The notes under the pieces: generated by a model
What the model saw: only the letters and a program-made list of their open reading frames with translations
Told to the model about the DNA's origin: nothing
Databases searched by the model: none
Shown: positions 45,816 through 49,001 of the stretch, piece after piece
How positions within the stretch are numbered: the stretch's first letter is position 1
Layout: each line of letters begins with the position of its first letter
Source of the DNA: Acidobacteriota bacterium
GTDB lineage: Bacteria > Acidobacteriota > Thermoanaerobaculia > UBA5066 > Gp7-AA6
DNA: 49,001 nucleotides
Assembly (NCBI GenBank): GCA_046735265.1
Contig: JBKPSZ010000011.1
Location: 1 to 49,001 of the forward strand
Reading direction: 5' to 3'
Translations under genes and position numbers: made by a program

Positions 45816-48800
45816 ATGGCGGGAAAGCGTTCCTCGAAGGCGGGAAAATCGGCACGCCGTGGGAGAAGGCTTTCGCGGAACCGGCTGCCGTCTGTCTCCC
45901 GGCGCCCCCGGAAGAAAGCCGCCGGAGCGTCGCATCCCAAGCGCGTTGCGAACTCGTCGGCCGCTTCGCCGAAGCCGACTTCCGCGGTCGGCTCCGACGG
46001 GTTCCCCATCGTCGGCATCGGGGCTTCCGCGGGAGGCCTCGAAGCCGTCACCCAGCTCCTGAAAGACTTTCCTCCGAACAGCGGTGTGGCGCTCGTCGTC
46101 GTCCAGCATCTGGATCCGACTCACGAGAGCATGCTCGCCGCGATCCTCTCCCGCCATACGGAGATGCCCGTCGTCGAGGTGACCAACGGCATGCCCGTCG
46201 CGCCCAACCGTGTCTTCGTGATGCCGCCCAACGCGACGATGCATCTCGTCGACGGCTCCTTCCGGGTGGACCCGAGGCGCCCCCATGACGGCCCATCGCT
46301 CCCGATCGATTCCTTCTTCCTGTCGCTCGCCGACGTTTCCAAGTCTTCCGCCGTCGGCGTCGTTCTTTCCGGAAACGCCTCCGACGGGACGATCGGCTTG
46401 ACCGCGATCAAGGCGGCGGGCGGCATCACCCTGGCTCAGGAGGAGTCCACCGCCCGATTTCCCGGGATGCCGCACGCGGCGATCTCTTCGGGAGCCGTGG
46501 ACTTCGTCCTTCCCCCCGAGGAGATCGGCCGGCAACTGTCGCAGATCGCCCGGCATCCGCTGATCCGGAAGCAGCCGGAGCCCCCAGCGGAAAAGACGGA
46601 CGAGAGCGCTCTCAAGCAGATCTTCGGGATGCTGCGGTCGGCGACCGGCGTCGACTTCGCCTACTACCGGCAGACCACGATTCTCCGTCGTCTCTCCCGG
46701 CGAATGGTTCTCGCGGGTGTCCAGAGCTACGAACAGTTCCTGGGCTACTTGAAGAAGAACCCTGCGGAGCTGGGCGCGCTCTACGGAGACATGCTCATCA
46801 CGGTAACGTCGTTCTTCCGGGACCCGCAAACGTTCCGCTTCCTCCAGAAGAAAGTCTTTCCCGCCTTCTTCCGCAGGCGCGCGCCGGACAACCCGGTCCG
46901 GGTCTGGGTGCCGGGATGCGCCACCGGAGAGGAGGCCTACTCCCTCGCGATGGCGCTCTTCGAGGCCCGCGACGGCAGCGAGAACGTCCCCATCCAGATC
47001 TTCGCGACCGACGTCAACGAGGCTTCGGTCGAGCGCGCCCGACAGGCCGTGTATTCGGAGAGCGCCTTGAAGGACATCTCCCCGGAACGGATCCGGAGTT
47101 TTTTCACGAAGTACGACGGCCGATTCCAGATCGCCAAGCGGATTCGGGACGCCTGCGTTTTTGCGCGCCAGAACATCATGGCGGACCCGCCGTTCTCGAA
47201 CCTGGATCTCCTCTCCTGTCGCAATCTCTTCATCTATCTCGATCCGCAGTTCCAGAAGAAGATCTATCCCGTTTTCCATCACGTCCTGAAGCCGACGGGC
47301 TATCTGGTCCTCGGGCCGTCCGAGTCCCTCTCCGGATTCAGCGATCTCTTCGTTCCGATCGACCGGCGGCACCGCGTGTACCGCAAGAAGCCGGCGGCGA
47401 CGCAGCGGATCTACGATTTCCCGTTGAAGCCTTTCGAGTCGTCGCCGGCGTCGCTTCCCGCCCTCGGGTCCCCGACGTCGCGCGCAACCGCGGCGGGGGG
47501 GAGGGCGGGAGGCCCCTCGGAGGTGCAGCGGGAAACCGACAGTGTTCTGCTTTCCGACTACGCTCCCTCCGGCGTTGTCGTGAACAGCAGCCTCGACATC
47601 GTCTACGTGCGCGGACGCACCGGGCCGTATCTGGAGCCGGCGAGCGGCCGGGCGAACCTGAATATCCTGCACATGGCGCGCGAGGGCCTCCTGCCCGATC
47701 TGCGCACCGCTCTCCAGCAGGCCAAGCAGCGCAACATGCGCACGCGCCGCGCCGGAGTTTTCGTTCGTCAGAACGGCGACTACGCCGAGGTGGAGATCGA
47801 GGTGGTTCCGCTGCGGGGTGCCGCCGAAGGCGGAGGCCGTCAGTACTTCGTCATCTTCCATCCGGCGACTTCCCCGGACTCCCCGGGGCGCACTGCGAAG
47901 GCGGTCTCTGCGGGGAAAAAAGGAGGAAAGCCTCCTTCTTCGGAGGTCCATCGCGTCAAGCGCGAGTTCGACACCGCTCGCCGCGAGCTCGCGGCCACAC
48001 GGGAGTATCTCCAGTCGATCATCGAGGAACGCGAGGCCGCCAACGAGGAGCTGAAATCGGCCAACGAGGAGATCCTGTCCTCCAACGAGGAGCTCCAGTC
48101 GACGAACGAAGAGCTCAATACCGCCAAGGAGGAGCTCCAGTCCTCCAACGAGGAGCTCACGACGTTGAACGAGGAGCTCCAGAACCGCGACGCCGAAAGC
48201 ACCCGGGTCAAGGACGATCTCGTCAACCTCCTGACGAGCATCCAGATTCCGATCGTGATGCTCGGCCTCGACGGGCGCATCCGCCGCTTCACGCCCGCGG
48301 CGGCCCGTCTGATGAACCTGCTCCCGACCGACGTCGATCGGCCGATCCGCGACATCCGGTTCGACTTGGACGTCCCGGATCTCGTGGCCCTCGGGCTCGA
48401 ATCGGTGGACACGGGCATGCCTCGAACCCGCGAGGTCCGCGAGTCCTCGGGACGGTGGTGGCTCCTCCGTGTGCACCCGTACTACAGCGGGGAGCGCCGG
48501 ATCGACGGGTTCGTCTGCACCTTCACGGACATCGATTCGCACAAGAAGGCGATCGAGGAGGAGGCGGCACGCCGCGAGTTCGCCCGCGAGATCTTCTCGA
48601 CGGTTCCGCAGGTGCTCCTCGTGCTGGACAAGGATCTCACCATCTTCTCGGCCAACAATACGTTCTTCGAGATGTTCTCGACGACCGCCGAGGCGACGGT
48701 CGGCCGGAACTTCTGCGAGCTCGGCGACGGCGCCTGGAACATTCCCGATCTGCGTCGGGCGCTCGACGCGGTCATCCCGACGGGTCAGGATGTCGAGGGA

Positions 48801-49001
48801 TTCGAAGTGGAGCGCCTCTTCCCGGTCATCGGTGTCCGGACATTCCTCGTCTCGGCGCGCCGGCTTCGTCTGCCGCACGGGGACCCTCCCCTGATCCTGG
48901 TCGCGATCGAGAACATCACGGAGGTCCGGCGGGCGCATCTCGCCGAGAAGAGCAAGCTCGAGCAGGAGCTTCGCCAGCTCCAGAAGATGGACTCCATCGG
49001 G
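45816..49001 (+). CDS. CheB/CheR fusion with PAS domains, probable His kinase (runs off window end)
   Basis: Manual translation: GIGASAGGLEA, VQHLDP, ITVTSFFRD, WVPGCATGEEAYS, SCRNLFIY, NEELQSTNEEL, ends QKMDSIG. Confidence 0.92.
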   Translation, partial: MAGKRSSKAGKSARRGRRLSRNRLPSVSRRPRKKAAGASHPKRVANSSAASPKPTSAVGSDGFPIVGIGASAGGLEAVTQLLKDFPPNSGVALVVVQHLDPTHESMLAAILSRHTEMPVVEVTNGMPVAPNRVFVMPPNATMHLVDGSFRVDPRRPHDGPSLPIDSFFLSLADVSKSSAVGVVLSGNASDGTIGLTAIKAAGGITLAQEESTARFPGMPHAAISSGAVDFVLPPEEIGRQLSQIARHPLIRKQPEPPAEKTDESALKQIFGMLRSATGVDFAYYRQTTILRRLSRRMVLAGVQSYEQFLGYLKKNPAELGALYGDMLITVTSFFRDPQTFRFLQKKVFPAFFRRRAPDNPVRVWVPGCATGEEAYSLAMALFEARDGSENVPIQIFATDVNEASVERARQAVYSESALKDISPERIRSFFTKYDGRFQIAKRIRDACVFARQNIMADPPFSNLDLLSCRNLFIYLDPQFQKKIYPVFHHVLKPTGYLVLGPSESLSGFSDLFVPIDRRHRVYRKKPAATQRIYDFPLKPFESSPASLPALGSPTSRATAAGGRAGGPSEVQRETDSVLLSDYAPSGVVVNSSLDIVYVRGRTGPYLEPASGRANLNILHMAREGLLPDLRTALQQAKQRNMRTRRAGVFVRQNGDYAEVEIEVVPLRGAAEGGGRQYFVIFHPATSPDSPGRTAKAVSAGKKGGKPPSSEVHRVKREFDTARRELAATREYLQSIIEEREAANEELKSANEEILSSNEELQSTNEELNTAKEELQSSNEELTTLNEELQNRDAESTRVKDDLVNLLTSIQIPIVMLGLDGRIRRFTPAAARLMNLLPTDVDRPIRDIRFDLDVPDLVALGLESVDTGMPRTREVRESSGRWWLLRVHPYYSGERRIDGFVCTFTDIDSHKKAIEEEAARREFAREIFSTVPQVLLVLDKDLTIFSANNTFFEMFSTTAEATVGRNFCELGDGAWNIPDLRRALDAVIPTGQDVEGFEVERLFPVIGVRTFLVSARRLRLPHGDPPLILVAIENITEVRRAHLAEKSKLEQELRQLQKMDSIG

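Noticed and set aside
48030-48185. Repeated AACGAGGAGCT units
   Set aside because: Encode the known NEEL coiled coil of CheB/CheR fusions; not CRISPR
45708-48938. 1076-aa minus-strand ORF and many other long Arg/Pro-rich ORFs
   Set aside because: Antisense or alternate-frame shadows of real genes in high-GC DNA; no motifs
1-49001. CRISPR, tRNA, rRNA, integrase or transposase
   Set aside because: None recognised; no direct evidence that the stress island is mobile

Overview
High-GC bacterial DNA. The gene content resembles Acidobacteriota; this is inference, as no marker gene is present. About 1-14 kb is housekeeping or accessory: an ABC/HlyD exporter, purEK, a GNAT-cobB pair, a 4-gene putative biosynthetic operon, SOD and a Ser/Thr kinase. 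About 14-49 kb is a dense general-stress/desiccation island: otsAB plus GH15, GT4 plus a debranching enzyme, Ku, LigD-POL, UdgX, BON, PRC-barrel, DUF892, DUF1328, two metallothionein-like proteins, hydrophilic small proteins, Omp85, DUF748 and two sensor kinases. Main observation: nearly every transcription unit in the island is preceded by a sigma-54-type -24/-12 element. I found 23 exact GG-N10-GC sites and 2 near-variants by eye, many as tight back-to-back pairs. The island also encodes a sigma-54 activator (REC-AAA+) with no HTH domain, translationally coupled to a stand-alone His-phosphotransfer (DHp)-like protein. This suggests an enhancer-independent, sigma-54-driven general stress regulon fed by a phosphorelay, including two candidate sigma-54 sRNAs. 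No rRNA, tRNA, CRISPR or transposase was seen. All assignments come from motif recognition without database searches.
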